From: an uncultured virus (IMG/VR IMGVR_UViG_3300022934_002389)
Lineage: Duplodnaviria > Heunggongvirae > Uroviricota > Caudoviricetes
Virus record (IMG/VR): IMGVR_UViG_3300022934_002389
Span: 62,001 to 126,000 of that record
Reading direction: 5' to 3' (one strand)
DNA: 64,000 nt
A program made the translations under genes and the position numbers. Positions 38,612 to 46,732 of this stretch are shown here, one piece after another. Under the pieces are notes generated by a model. The model saw only the letters and a program-made list of their open reading frames with translations. It made no database searches and was not told the origin of the DNA. Within the stretch, counting starts at the first letter, position 1, and every line of letters starts with the position of its first letter.

Positions 38612-38893
38612 TTACAGCAAGAATAATTGCACCATTGCTATTGAGTTCATTACAACGAACCATGCACATAATACTATTGCAAATGCTGCTTTACGAATTA
38701 CAGTGCTAATAACTCCAAGTATACTTCCGATTAAATACATCGGAATAAAAATCTCTGTTGCTGGATCTAACACTGTAAATGTAAGTACAGCACTTGCAGA
38801 AATTAAAATTAATGTTTCTGCCATTTCGCAATAAAATGCTAGTGGAGAAAGTCTATAACTTTCTTTACAGAAATCAATTATAGATTTAATCAT
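38612..38893 (-). CDS. Small membrane protein
   Basis: About three hydrophobic segments. Confidence 0.65.
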   Translation of the reverse strand: MIKSIIDFCKESYRLSPLAFYCEMAETLILISASAVLTFTVLDPATEIFIPMYLIGSILGVISTVIRKAAFAIVLCAWFVVMNSIAMVQLFLL

Positions 38894-39150
38894 TTATCTT
38901 TACCAACAGTAACAACAAGTGTTTCGAGATCTTCAAACTCGTCTTGGTGTTTATCCCAATCTCCTTTTTGTGCAACTTTAATTGCCTTGTTGATTAAACT
39001 TGGCTTAATGTTAAGTTCTTCTGCTACTGCTTTTACTGTGTCTTTTAAACCTGCTTGTAAGTCTTCAATTTCTTGAAGCACAGTCACACCTTCATTAACT
39101 AGGCGTTCTAGTTTTTGCTTTTCTTCAGAACCATATACTCGATCACTCAT
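38890..39150 (-). CDS. Putative dsDNA-binding protein (T4 DsbA-like)
   Basis: Helical pattern IEDL...LKDTVKAVAEELNIKP..INK; SD AAGGAG. Confidence 0.5.
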   Translation of the reverse strand: MSDRVYGSEEKQKLERLVNEGVTVLQEIEDLQAGLKDTVKAVAEELNIKPSLINKAIKVAQKGDWDKHQDEFEDLETLVVTVGKDK

Positions 39151-39170
39151 AAGACTTCTCCTTTATTTGT

Positions 39171-39198
39171 ATTATACAGTTTATAAGGAAAAAGTCAA
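39171..39198 (-). promoter_or_regulatory. Sigma70-like promoter TTGACT-16-TATAAT
   Basis: Upstream of the operon leading to DNA polymerase. Confidence 0.6.
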
Positions 39199-39205
39199 GA
39201 GGTAA

Positions 39206-39424
39206 TTACCACTTTAATGATGTTCTTTTTTTGTAATCTTGTTGAGCACGGATGGCATTTATACATCGAAGGATTCTATTTTTCTTTTCACCAGGACGAT
39301 GATAGTTATTTTTTTGTTCCCAAGTTTTGTCTCTTTCGAGTTCTTTGGCAAATTGCTCGCCTAATAGTTTTTCTAAATACGTCAAGTCGTCGTTACTAAG
39401 TTCTTGTATCTTCTTTGAAACCAT
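39206..39424 (-). CDS. Hypothetical protein
   Basis: ATG at 39424 (MVSKK) preferred. Confidence 0.55.
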   Translation of the reverse strand: MVSKKIQELSNDDLTYLEKLLGEQFAKELERDKTWEQKNNYHRPGEKKNRILRCINAIRAQQDYKKRTSLKW

Positions 39425-39614
39425 TTTGTCTGTCTTTCCATGCTTGTTCAAACTGTTCACTGTAGTCATACAAAGGAGCGCCATCGGCACCATCATACCA
39501 AAGGCGTTTGAAATAACCTTCAGCACTTTGTACAACTGTTTCAGGGGATGCGTCAAGATGACCCTTGACCATGTAAAATAATCTGTATTCTTCTTTGAGA
39601 TCATTTCTTAACAT
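39396..39614 (-). CDS. Hypothetical protein
   Basis: ORF with GTAAATA 4 nt upstream of ATG. Confidence 0.6.
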   Translation of the reverse strand: MLRNDLKEEYRLFYMVKGHLDASPETVVQSAEGYFKRLWYDGADGAPLYDYSEQFEQAWKDRQNGFKEDTRT

Positions 39615-39645
39615 ACTGTATTTACATATTTGTTACAATAGAGCG

Positions 39646-40512
39646 CTAACATAGTATTTTATTCAATCTGTTTTGTTGTATATGTTTAATTTCATTTTCC
39701 GGCATTCTAGCAATGACATCCAAATAAAATTGCGGAACAAGTGATTTATTTTTAATAATGTTATATACTAAATTTTTATTGTAGTCAATCTCTTTTTGAT
39801 CAATTTCTTTAGGAAAATTTTCAATACTTTCTATAAAAAGATCAACCCTGTTGTCAACATCTTCGTCATATCTATAATCTACTCCAGTGTATGGTTTGAA
39901 TCCTAGAGATTGTAAAAATTTATTGAATCCTGGTGCAGCAAATGTAATGAAAGGTTTGCTACAAAGTAAAGGTCTAACGGTCTTTTCTGTAATAAAAATT
40001 CTCTCTACAGATGTTTCTAATACAACATCAAATCTTGATCTTAAATATTGCATAGGTAAACTATATTGCTTATCGATATCTGTCCATCCTTTATGAAAAG
40101 TTAGAAATGCATTATTATGCAAATTTTTACTTTTTATTTTGTCTATAATTTCGATTCTATGTGGCCTTGCTATATTATTCATGCAAGCAAAATTATATTT
40201 TATTGGTTGTTTAGAAATTCTATCTACCAATCGATAGGCTGTGTAATTAAACCAATATGTTGGCCAATAGTATATATTCATATTTTTTATAGGATATAAT
40301 TTTGTATAATCGTACCCAGGTGCAGATCCTAATACAATATATACTTCTATGTTATTATCATTAATTATTTGGCAACAGTTTTTATATTCTAACCAACATT
40401 GATCCTCATGTTGGGCAAATATTACAATATGCTTTGGCAACTTTTTATTGTTAAGTAGGTATACAATCCTATCAATATCAAAGTCGTGCCAAACATCAAA
40501 AAACCATGTCAA
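39646..40512 (-). CDS. Hypothetical protein, possibly glycosyltransferase-like
   Basis: CMN..ARPHR, VVLET, TEKT.RP....KPF, GFK; paralog of 16542-17453. Confidence 0.45.
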   Translation of the reverse strand: MTWFFDVWHDFDIDRIVYLLNNKKLPKHIVIFAQHEDQCWLEYKNCCQIINDNNIEVYIVLGSAPGYDYTKLYPIKNMNIYYWPTYWFNYTAYRLVDRISKQPIKYNFACMNNIARPHRIEIIDKIKSKNLHNNAFLTFHKGWTDIDKQYSLPMQYLRSRFDVVLETSVERIFITEKTVRPLLCSKPFITFAAPGFNKFLQSLGFKPYTGVDYRYDEDVDNRVDLFIESIENFPKEIDQKEIDYNKNLVYNIIKNKSLVPQFYLDVIARMPENEIKHIQQNRLNKILC

Positions 40513-41578
40513 TACAAGTACCTCTGAATTTATCTAAATGTTTTTGGTAACTCATGCCTTGTTCAAAGTGTTTTATATTACGTTCTCGAGTAACTGCCGG
40601 TAAGCTTCTTTTAAGATCTTTATACACATCGCATAAGTCTATATAAATTTGTTTATGATCATCAGGTGCATGACACGGTGCAAATTCTTTAGGACTGTTC
40701 ACAGGATAAACTTCCCATCTTTCAAAATTATTTGACATAATCCATTCACCTAGTGATTCCATATGTTTTACGTTAATCCAACTTACAGTTGTACAGACAT
40801 CACTTGTACCAATTTGTTGTGCTTTTGCAATGTTTTTTATAATTTTATCCCAATTGCTAGGATACCTAATATATTCATTTATTTCTTTATAACCGTCAAT
40901 GCTAAAATGCCACTCCACATCAAATTTTTCTAAAATTGAAAGTAGTTTAGTGGGTAAATTGTTTCCGTTTGTAGTTATACGTAAACTAGGTTTGCTATCA
41001 TATACTAAAAGATATTCGCAAAACTTTTGAAGGTAATTGTTTACAGTTGGTTCTCCACCTGTGAAACGTATTTCATCTCTATCGTGTAAAAATTCAGCAA
41101 GTTTTTGTAAATTGTTTTCGTCTTCATACCATACATCAAACGAATACTTGTGTCTTTGTATTAGTTTATGTTGTATACCTTGGCTATCTAGTTTTGTAAG
41201 TTCTGCATCTATAAGACTGCTGTTCACAGGACCGCACATTGAACACGAAAGATTACATTTGTTTCCAAATTTTATTTCAGCGTCTTTACGATTGTTTCTA
41301 TACTTTCTTTCGCTTTGCAATCGTAAACTTTCAAAGCCGTAAGATTCTTCTTCTTTACAATCTCTACATCCTTCGGGAAATATTCCATTATCAAGATCTT
41401 TCTTAACACTTGCTAAAAAGTCACTGTCTTTGTATTTTTCAATATCTGAAACTTTTACAAGATCTTTTCTGTCGCGGTCGTCCCAATTACAGCAAGGGCG
41501 TAAATTACCCAAAGTATCCATGCTGATGTGATTATCTAGCCATTTACACTTCTTCGGAGAGTTCGAAGAGTTTGTCAA
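40496..41578 (-). CDS. Radical SAM protein with SPASM/twitch-like region
   Basis: CNLSCSMC, GGEP, RPCC; start uncertain. Confidence 0.8.
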   Translation of the reverse strand: MTNSSNSPKKCKWLDNHISMDTLGNLRPCCNWDDRDRKDLVKVSDIEKYKDSDFLASVKKDLDNGIFPEGCRDCKEEESYGFESLRLQSERKYRNNRKDAEIKFGNKCNLSCSMCGPVNSSLIDAELTKLDSQGIQHKLIQRHKYSFDVWYEDENNLQKLAEFLHDRDEIRFTGGEPTVNNYLQKFCEYLLVYDSKPSLRITTNGNNLPTKLLSILEKFDVEWHFSIDGYKEINEYIRYPSNWDKIIKNIAKAQQIGTSDVCTTVSWINVKHMESLGEWIMSNNFERWEVYPVNSPKEFAPCHAPDDHKQIYIDLCDVYKDLKRSLPAVTRERNIKHFEQGMSYQKHLDKFRGTCIDMVF

Positions 41579-42665
41579 TTTCTCTGACTTTTCCACAGGA
41601 TTTTCCGCACTGGACCCAGCATTGACTGATTGATTTTGATTGCCAACTGTCTGAATAAACTGCAAGTACGCCTCCGTCTATAATTTGATCAAGTCTATGA
41701 TGATGTAAATTGTTAGCATCACCTAGTGCTTTTTGTAGTGTTTGCATTTCTCTTGCTTCAGGAACATATCTAGGACCTTGCATTTTATTTCCTATAAAGC
41801 AACAAGGATGAACTCTTCCCAATGCATCTATATATAGTTCAACCATTGGTTCTTCATGGTATGGATATGGCAAAGTTCTAAAACTATTACAGGCAATAAC
41901 GCCTTCTTCTTTAACAGGTTCTGGCAAATCTGCTTCCCAACCTAATGGAGCAGGTGTATAATGGTCATGTCCGTAATCAGTAGCATGTTCTAACACATAT
42001 TCTAAGTTATAGTCTTTGTCGTATGCAGGCATACCTGTTCCATCTACACCAAATGGATTTTTTAACACAAAATTGATACCATTTTCTTCTGCAATTTTTC
42101 TACTGAGTTCAACTTGATGTTTGTTGTGTTTAAATTGTAAAAAGTCCCAATCAGTATGCGCACCTGTATATGCATAGGCAATCATGTTATTCCATGCTTT
42201 ATCCCAAATAACATTTCTTCTGTATATATGGTTAGTATCTTCTAAGCCGTCTATACTAAATGTAATTTTACGCATTGGTTTTGGATCTAAACCATTTGTT
42301 GTTTCTATAAACAGTTCTCCTATTGCACGGAAATGATCCGGAGTACGCAAACCACCATTTGTGTTAATTTGTATAGTTGCTATACTGTTAGAGCATATAT
42401 AATCTAATATATCATATATGTCATTACAGGCCAATGGATCTCCATGTGTTCCGCAAAATATCCAACTTTTAGATTTTTGTACAAGATCTAGTGGAAACCA
42501 TCTTTTAAACAAATCAATTGTAATATCAGTCTGCACAACTTCCGGATCGACATTAGTGCTATTACGTAAGAATCTTGGACAGCCTGGACACGCTGCGTTA
42601 CAACGTGTACTTAATTCTACGTGGAAAGCATTTAAATCGTTATAATTCCATGCATTATACTTCAT
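41544..42665 (-). CDS. Radical SAM protein
   Basis: CNAACPGC, GTHGDP, SIDGLEDTN, HPCC; same family as 3958-4818. Confidence 0.8.
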   Translation of the reverse strand: MKYNAWNYNDLNAFHVELSTRCNAACPGCPRFLRNSTNVDPEVVQTDITIDLFKRWFPLDLVQKSKSWIFCGTHGDPLACNDIYDILDYICSNSIATIQINTNGGLRTPDHFRAIGELFIETTNGLDPKPMRKITFSIDGLEDTNHIYRRNVIWDKAWNNMIAYAYTGAHTDWDFLQFKHNKHQVELSRKIAEENGINFVLKNPFGVDGTGMPAYDKDYNLEYVLEHATDYGHDHYTPAPLGWEADLPEPVKEEGVIACNSFRTLPYPYHEEPMVELYIDALGRVHPCCFIGNKMQGPRYVPEAREMQTLQKALGDANNLHHHRLDQIIDGGVLAVYSDSWQSKSISQCWVQCGKSCGKVREIDKLFELSEEV

Positions 42666-42691
42666 ATAGTATTTATCATAAAGTGCGTATA

Positions 42692-43126
42692 TTATGAAAA
42701 CGCTAAATGACTATCTAAAGTAATGTGTTCAAAGCCTTGTAGTTCTTGTTTATAGGAATACAAATCTCCCAGTATCAAATAATTTAATCCTTGATCTCGA
42801 AAATAAGCACATTCGCTACGCAAGGATCTGTATCCTAATTTTAATTTTGGTGTTTTATAATTCCATGCAAATTGATCGGCATGTGCTGTGCTCTTACTAG
42901 GATAAACCATATAGCAACTCCATGCTGCTAGTTCATCATTATCGTAATAACCAAAAACTGTACTCCTATCCCAGTCTTCTTTGAATATAGGATAAATTGT
43001 ATCAAATTTTTTATATATTATATATTGTTTGTAAATTTGTTCACATTCTGCAAAGTGTGAACTGTCTAGTAGTTTAAAATCAATTGTTTTGTATTTTGTA
43101 TTTTGTAAATCTATTCTACTTGTCAT
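42692..43126 (-). CDS. GNAT-fold protein resembling the arginyl/leucyl-tRNA-protein transferase C-terminal domain
   Basis: GYY...LAA...Y..P.L.LG..SL..E......G..YL.LG. Confidence 0.45.
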   Translation of the reverse strand: MTSRIDLQNTKYKTIDFKLLDSSHFAECEQIYKQYIIYKKFDTIYPIFKEDWDRSTVFGYYDNDELAAWSCYMVYPSKSTAHADQFAWNYKTPKLKLGYRSLRSECAYFRDQGLNYLILGDLYSYKQELQGFEHITLDSHLAFS

Positions 43127-43638
43127 TCACCCACAACTTCGTTATAATAACCTTGGTCCCAATTCACGTAATAGTTTTGTTTACGTAAAGACTTTCGTGC
43201 AAGTTCAAGTTTATCTTTTTGCTGCAAGAAACTTACAGCGTATTTACCGTTATTAAGAACTGTATTTTGTACCTGTTCTTTTTCATTTGGATGATCTTCT
43301 AAAGCAATAAATCCTCTATTGTGTAGGAATTGGTCGTTTGCATGACCAACTGCACGTGATAGTTCTTCTGATGAAATTAAAGTAGGGTCACAACCTAATA
43401 TAACAACTTCTGTATTTTTAGGCCAATGATAAGAAAAATTTTCAAGTTCTGCTATAAAATAAGAACTCATACTTATATTATAAATATCTTTTAATTCTAC
43501 ACACTTAATCTTGTCTTCTAGCATTGCTTGTTTAGCAAACGGACAAGGAGGAAGGTTATTAAATGTTTTAGAAGGTATGCTGAGAAAAGTTTCTATCCAG
43601 TTTTGTATATGTTGTTCAAACATAACATTACTTTGCAC
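43123..43638 (-). CDS. DUF1415-like protein
   Basis: W.E.F......NL.PCPFA, HP motif. Confidence 0.45.
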   Translation of the reverse strand: MQSNVMFEQHIQNWIETFLSIPSKTFNNLPPCPFAKQAMLEDKIKCVELKDIYNISMSSYFIAELENFSYHWPKNTEVVILGCDPTLISSEELSRAVGHANDQFLHNRGFIALEDHPNEKEQVQNTVLNNGKYAVSFLQQKDKLELARKSLRKQNYYVNWDQGYYNEVVGE

Positions 43639-43813
43639 CTTTAGTCATTGACTTTTTGCGGATAGTGGCATAGTAAACATTTTCCCAATCTTTACCATAC
43701 TGTTTTTTCATATTCTTTTTCATATCACCGTCGTCATACTTTTTCTTAAGTTTTGTTTCCTTAGACTTTTCAGCCCCGGTCATTTTACGTTCAGTGAATT
43801 CGTGAATACGCAT
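43628..43813 (-). CDS. Small basic protein, probable head-internal
   Basis: MRIHEFTE leader; Lys-rich. Confidence 0.55.
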   Translation of the reverse strand: MRIHEFTERKMTGAEKSKETKLKKKYDDGDMKKNMKKQYGKDWENVYYATIRKKSMTKGAK

Positions 43814-43815
43814 TA

Positions 43816-44712
43816 TTAATCACATTTACATGAGCCTGGTTCACCGCGTGGTACGCCTGCTACTTTACGACAACCTTTCCAGCATTTATCATAAATTTTA
43901 CTGTTGCCGTGACGCTTACCTTCTGGCAGATTTGCTAGTTCTTTTTTCTCTTGAGCAGTAAGCATTGTCTTGCCACATTCGTTACAAGTTTGTTCTTTCA
44001 TTTTTTCAGCAAGCGTTGTTTTATAATCAGCTTTTGCTGCTTCGTCCATATTGCCTTTGAATGTTTTCTTTGACTCTCCCATCATATCATAATCTAGTGT
44101 ATGATATACTGAGCCCATATAGTCTGCTGCTTTTGTGATTTTGCTTTGCATCCAACCTTCGATGCCCTCTGCCTCTGAAACACCTTTTAGCATTTCGTGT
44201 AGTTTAATTGCATACTTTGCAATTTTATAAAGTTCTGCACGAGCCATTTGTACTTCGTGATCACGTTCTGCAACACCTGCCATATCAGCCAAACCTTCTG
44301 TAACTGCATTGCAATTACAGTGTTTGCATGTTGGAGGACATGTGCAGTCTTCTGCTTTTACGTCTGAACCGCAGCATTTATCTGAACAATGTGTATCTTT
44401 TGCTTCAATCATGCCTTCGCTAGTACCACCTTTAGCAAGAGCAACTAATTCTTTAAAACGATCTACAGTAAACTCACCTTGATCACGCATTGTTGTATAT
44501 TCACTCATCGCATCTAGCAACTCTCTTGCGGTTGATACTTGCTGATTAGCAATTAGTGATCCCATATGATCTAATTGATTAAAATCAACATCATTCATAG
44601 GTGCGTTCTTGACGTTTTGAATACGTCTGCGAATCATTGGAAGCAGTGTCTTTGTCATTTGAGCGAACTGCATCTGTGCTTTGTTTTTTGCTGCTTTATT
44701 CATTGTAGGCAT
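43816..44712 (-). CDS. Modular protein with Cys-rich segments, probable head-internal
   Basis: GATAAATA at 44747-44740; modules separated by xxE sites; HCSDKCC..CTCPPTCKHCNC. Confidence 0.6.
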   Translation of the reverse strand: MPTMNKAAKNKAQMQFAQMTKTLLPMIRRRIQNVKNAPMNDVDFNQLDHMGSLIANQQVSTARELLDAMSEYTTMRDQGEFTVDRFKELVALAKGGTSEGMIEAKDTHCSDKCCGSDVKAEDCTCPPTCKHCNCNAVTEGLADMAGVAERDHEVQMARAELYKIAKYAIKLHEMLKGVSEAEGIEGWMQSKITKAADYMGSVYHTLDYDMMGESKKTFKGNMDEAAKADYKTTLAEKMKEQTCNECGKTMLTAQEKKELANLPEGKRHGNSKIYDKCWKGCRKVAGVPRGEPGSCKCD

Positions 44713-44742
44713 CGGTGGCTCCGTTTTCTCTTGTTGTAGTAT

Positions 44743-44931
44743 TTATCGTTTCAGCAGTGATCCGCCAAATAATGATACACCTTTCATATCCAATGCATTA
44801 TCAGTTGGCTTTTGTTTTTTAGGTTTTCTTTTAGATTTTGCAACAGTTGGATTTACCACTGTTGATACACTTGATGTTCCCATTCCTGTTGCAACTTCAT
44901 TTACTATAACATCTTTTATCTTCATTGTCAA
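44743..44931 (-). CDS. Small basic protein, probable head-internal
   Basis: MKIKDVIVNE leader. Confidence 0.55.
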   Translation of the reverse strand: MTMKIKDVIVNEVATGMGTSSVSTVVNPTVAKSKRKPKKQKPTDNALDMKGVSLFGGSLLKR

Positions 44932-45197
44932 GTCCCTCCTACTAACTTTCCTCTTAAAGGATGTTTTGTTGTAGGACCTTTACCCGGCTTTGATTTCTTA
45001 GGCATTGGATCTTTGCCTTTAGCATGATCAGCATGTTTATATTCTTCATATGCCTTGCCTTTATGCTTTTCTTTCCGAGGTAGTACTTTCTTTTTATCTT
45101 TGTGAGCACCTGCTGCACCACTTTTGCGAATATCCTGCATAGTTTTACTGCTAGGATCTCTCTGTTTCACTGCTTCTAAAATATCTTGCATCTTCAT
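44928..45197 (-). CDS. Small basic protein, probable head-internal
   Basis: MKMQDILEA leader; very Lys-rich. Confidence 0.55.
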   Translation of the reverse strand: MKMQDILEAVKQRDPSSKTMQDIRKSGAAGAHKDKKKVLPRKEKHKGKAYEEYKHADHAKGKDPMPKKSKPGKGPTTKHPLRGKLVGGT

Positions 45198-45382
45198 TTG
45201 GCTCTCCTGAGGTCTGTAATGCCTGCGTTTTTACCGTATTGAGCATAAATGATGTTACGTGCTTCTCTGTTATTTCTTGCGCTAACTTGGACAGGTATCC
45301 ATTGTGTGTATGTACGCTGGCGCACTCGGACATTTGCTATCCAAACAGAAAATTGACTCTTTTTGACTTCTCTTATTAGCAT
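45194..45382 (-). CDS. Small hypothetical protein
   Basis: MLIREV leader; GATAAATA 4 nt before ATG. Confidence 0.55.
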   Translation of the reverse strand: MLIREVKKSQFSVWIANVRVRQRTYTQWIPVQVSARNNREARNIIYAQYGKNAGITDLRRAK

Positions 45383-45389
45383 AATGTAT

Positions 45390-46223
45390 TTATCTTAAAC
45401 CTTTTAAGTTCTTCACAGTTCTTTCAAACTTGTGATCTTTGTGTTTAAAGCCGATGCCGCCTGCTTCAGACCATTTGTTAATGTTAACACCATAATCGTC
45501 GATTAGAATATTTGCAGAACCGTCTGAGTTCGTAGCATACTGTGCTTTGTCGTGTGTTAAAAATATTCTTCTAGGTGGAAAAAATGACAAATTTTTCTTG
45601 ATCCATTCCTTTTTATGTGGAATACTTTTAGGATCATCAGCAAGCGGACTGCTTAATATATTATAACTGCCTTTGACACGCTTGATTAACATTAACAAAG
45701 GCTTTGCATTTTTTGTAAGAGGTAAATTTAACCAAAAATCATCTACTGTTTTAATTTTATTAATTGCATTAGCAGGATCTTCGATATCAGTCCAGTGTTT
45801 TTTGTTCATTAATTTAGCCCAATCGCCAAAAAAGTCAGCAAGTACACCGTCCATGTCTACGTAAATTTCAGTATTAGGACCTATATTTTCTAGTTCTTCT
45901 ACTAGTTCATTGTTATATGCAAGCCATGCGATTTCACTTCCGTGTCCTTTTGGCCATGAATGTTCTTCCGGTAGGCTATGCCCGCCCTCCATCAGTGCAA
46001 GTTCATATGCACTATAGGTTTTTTCTGCTAGTCCTAAATTAAAAAGTACGTTAGTAGATTTACCTTTTACTTTAGTTGATAGTGTAGGTGGACGTCCGTT
46101 TTTATCTACAGTATTACCAAATTTTGCTGCTTGCTTTGGTATTTCGTCTACGTCTACATCAGGAGTAGTGTTAACTCCTTTTACAATACGTCCATCTTCT
46201 TTTAAAAATTCAAATAGTTTCAT
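45390..46223 (-). CDS. 5'(3')-deoxyribonucleotidase-like HAD domain fused behind short modules
   Basis: YVDMDGVLADF, ILSSP, K, LIDD, W...GG; MKLFEFLKE leader. Confidence 0.75.
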   Translation of the reverse strand: MKLFEFLKEDGRIVKGVNTTPDVDVDEIPKQAAKFGNTVDKNGRPPTLSTKVKGKSTNVLFNLGLAEKTYSAYELALMEGGHSLPEEHSWPKGHGSEIAWLAYNNELVEELENIGPNTEIYVDMDGVLADFFGDWAKLMNKKHWTDIEDPANAINKIKTVDDFWLNLPLTKNAKPLLMLIKRVKGSYNILSSPLADDPKSIPHKKEWIKKNLSFFPPRRIFLTHDKAQYATNSDGSANILIDDYGVNINKWSEAGGIGFKHKDHKFERTVKNLKGLR

Positions 46224-46330
46224 TCACAATTACACTTCGTACATACATCGTTTACACAGTCTTTACAATCGGGTTGATAGCAATGGCATTTATGCCCACA
46301 ACTTTTGCAAGTTCTTCTTTCGCCCTTCAT
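46220..46330 (-). CDS. Cys-rich metallothionein-like peptide (36 aa)
   Basis: Hand-translated MKGERRTCKSCGHKCHCYQPDCKDCVNDVCTKCNCE; overlaps both neighbours by 4 nt. Confidence 0.6.
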   Translation of the reverse strand: MKGERRTCKSCGHKCHCYQPDCKDCVNDVCTKCNCE

Positions 46331-46539
46331 TTCTTTCTCCCTCTAAATTGCACGGGACCTGTCATATAAGGTTTTGAAAACCATAGTTTAAACCAATCTT
46401 CGTCTCCTGGCTTAAGACCCATTTCGCGTTCTTTCTTTTTTAGAGCAGCCGCAGTTTTATCTGGACTTTCTATTTTATATTCTGTATAGCCTTGGAATTC
46501 ATTAATTCCTGCCAGCTTCTTTAGATCTTCTATGTTCAT
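46327..46539 (-). CDS. Small protein, probable head-internal
   Basis: MNIEDLKKLAGINE leader. Confidence 0.6.
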   Translation of the reverse strand: MNIEDLKKLAGINEFQGYTEYKIESPDKTAAALKKKEREMGLKPGDEDWFKLWFSKPYMTGPVQFRGRKK

Positions 46540-46732
46540 CCCAGTATTTGTTTCTTTCGTTTGTGCTTGTTCTGTTTTCTTCGTGTTGTTTATATTTGGC
46601 TATATAGTGTGCCCATTCTATGTCATCGATACTCATATCTTCGTGTTCTCTCCACGTTTTGCTATACCCATCTGGGTATTCTTCTGCCCAGTCTATTTTT
46701 TCTTTTTGCCCGACTTCATGTTTGCGCACCAA
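46502..46732 (-). CDS. Hypothetical protein
   Basis: ORF in operon; start uncertain. Confidence 0.45.
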   Translation of the reverse strand: MVRKHEVGQKEKIDWAEEYPDGYSKTWREHEDMSIDDIEWAHYIAKYKQHEENRTSTNERNKYWDEHRRSKEAGRN

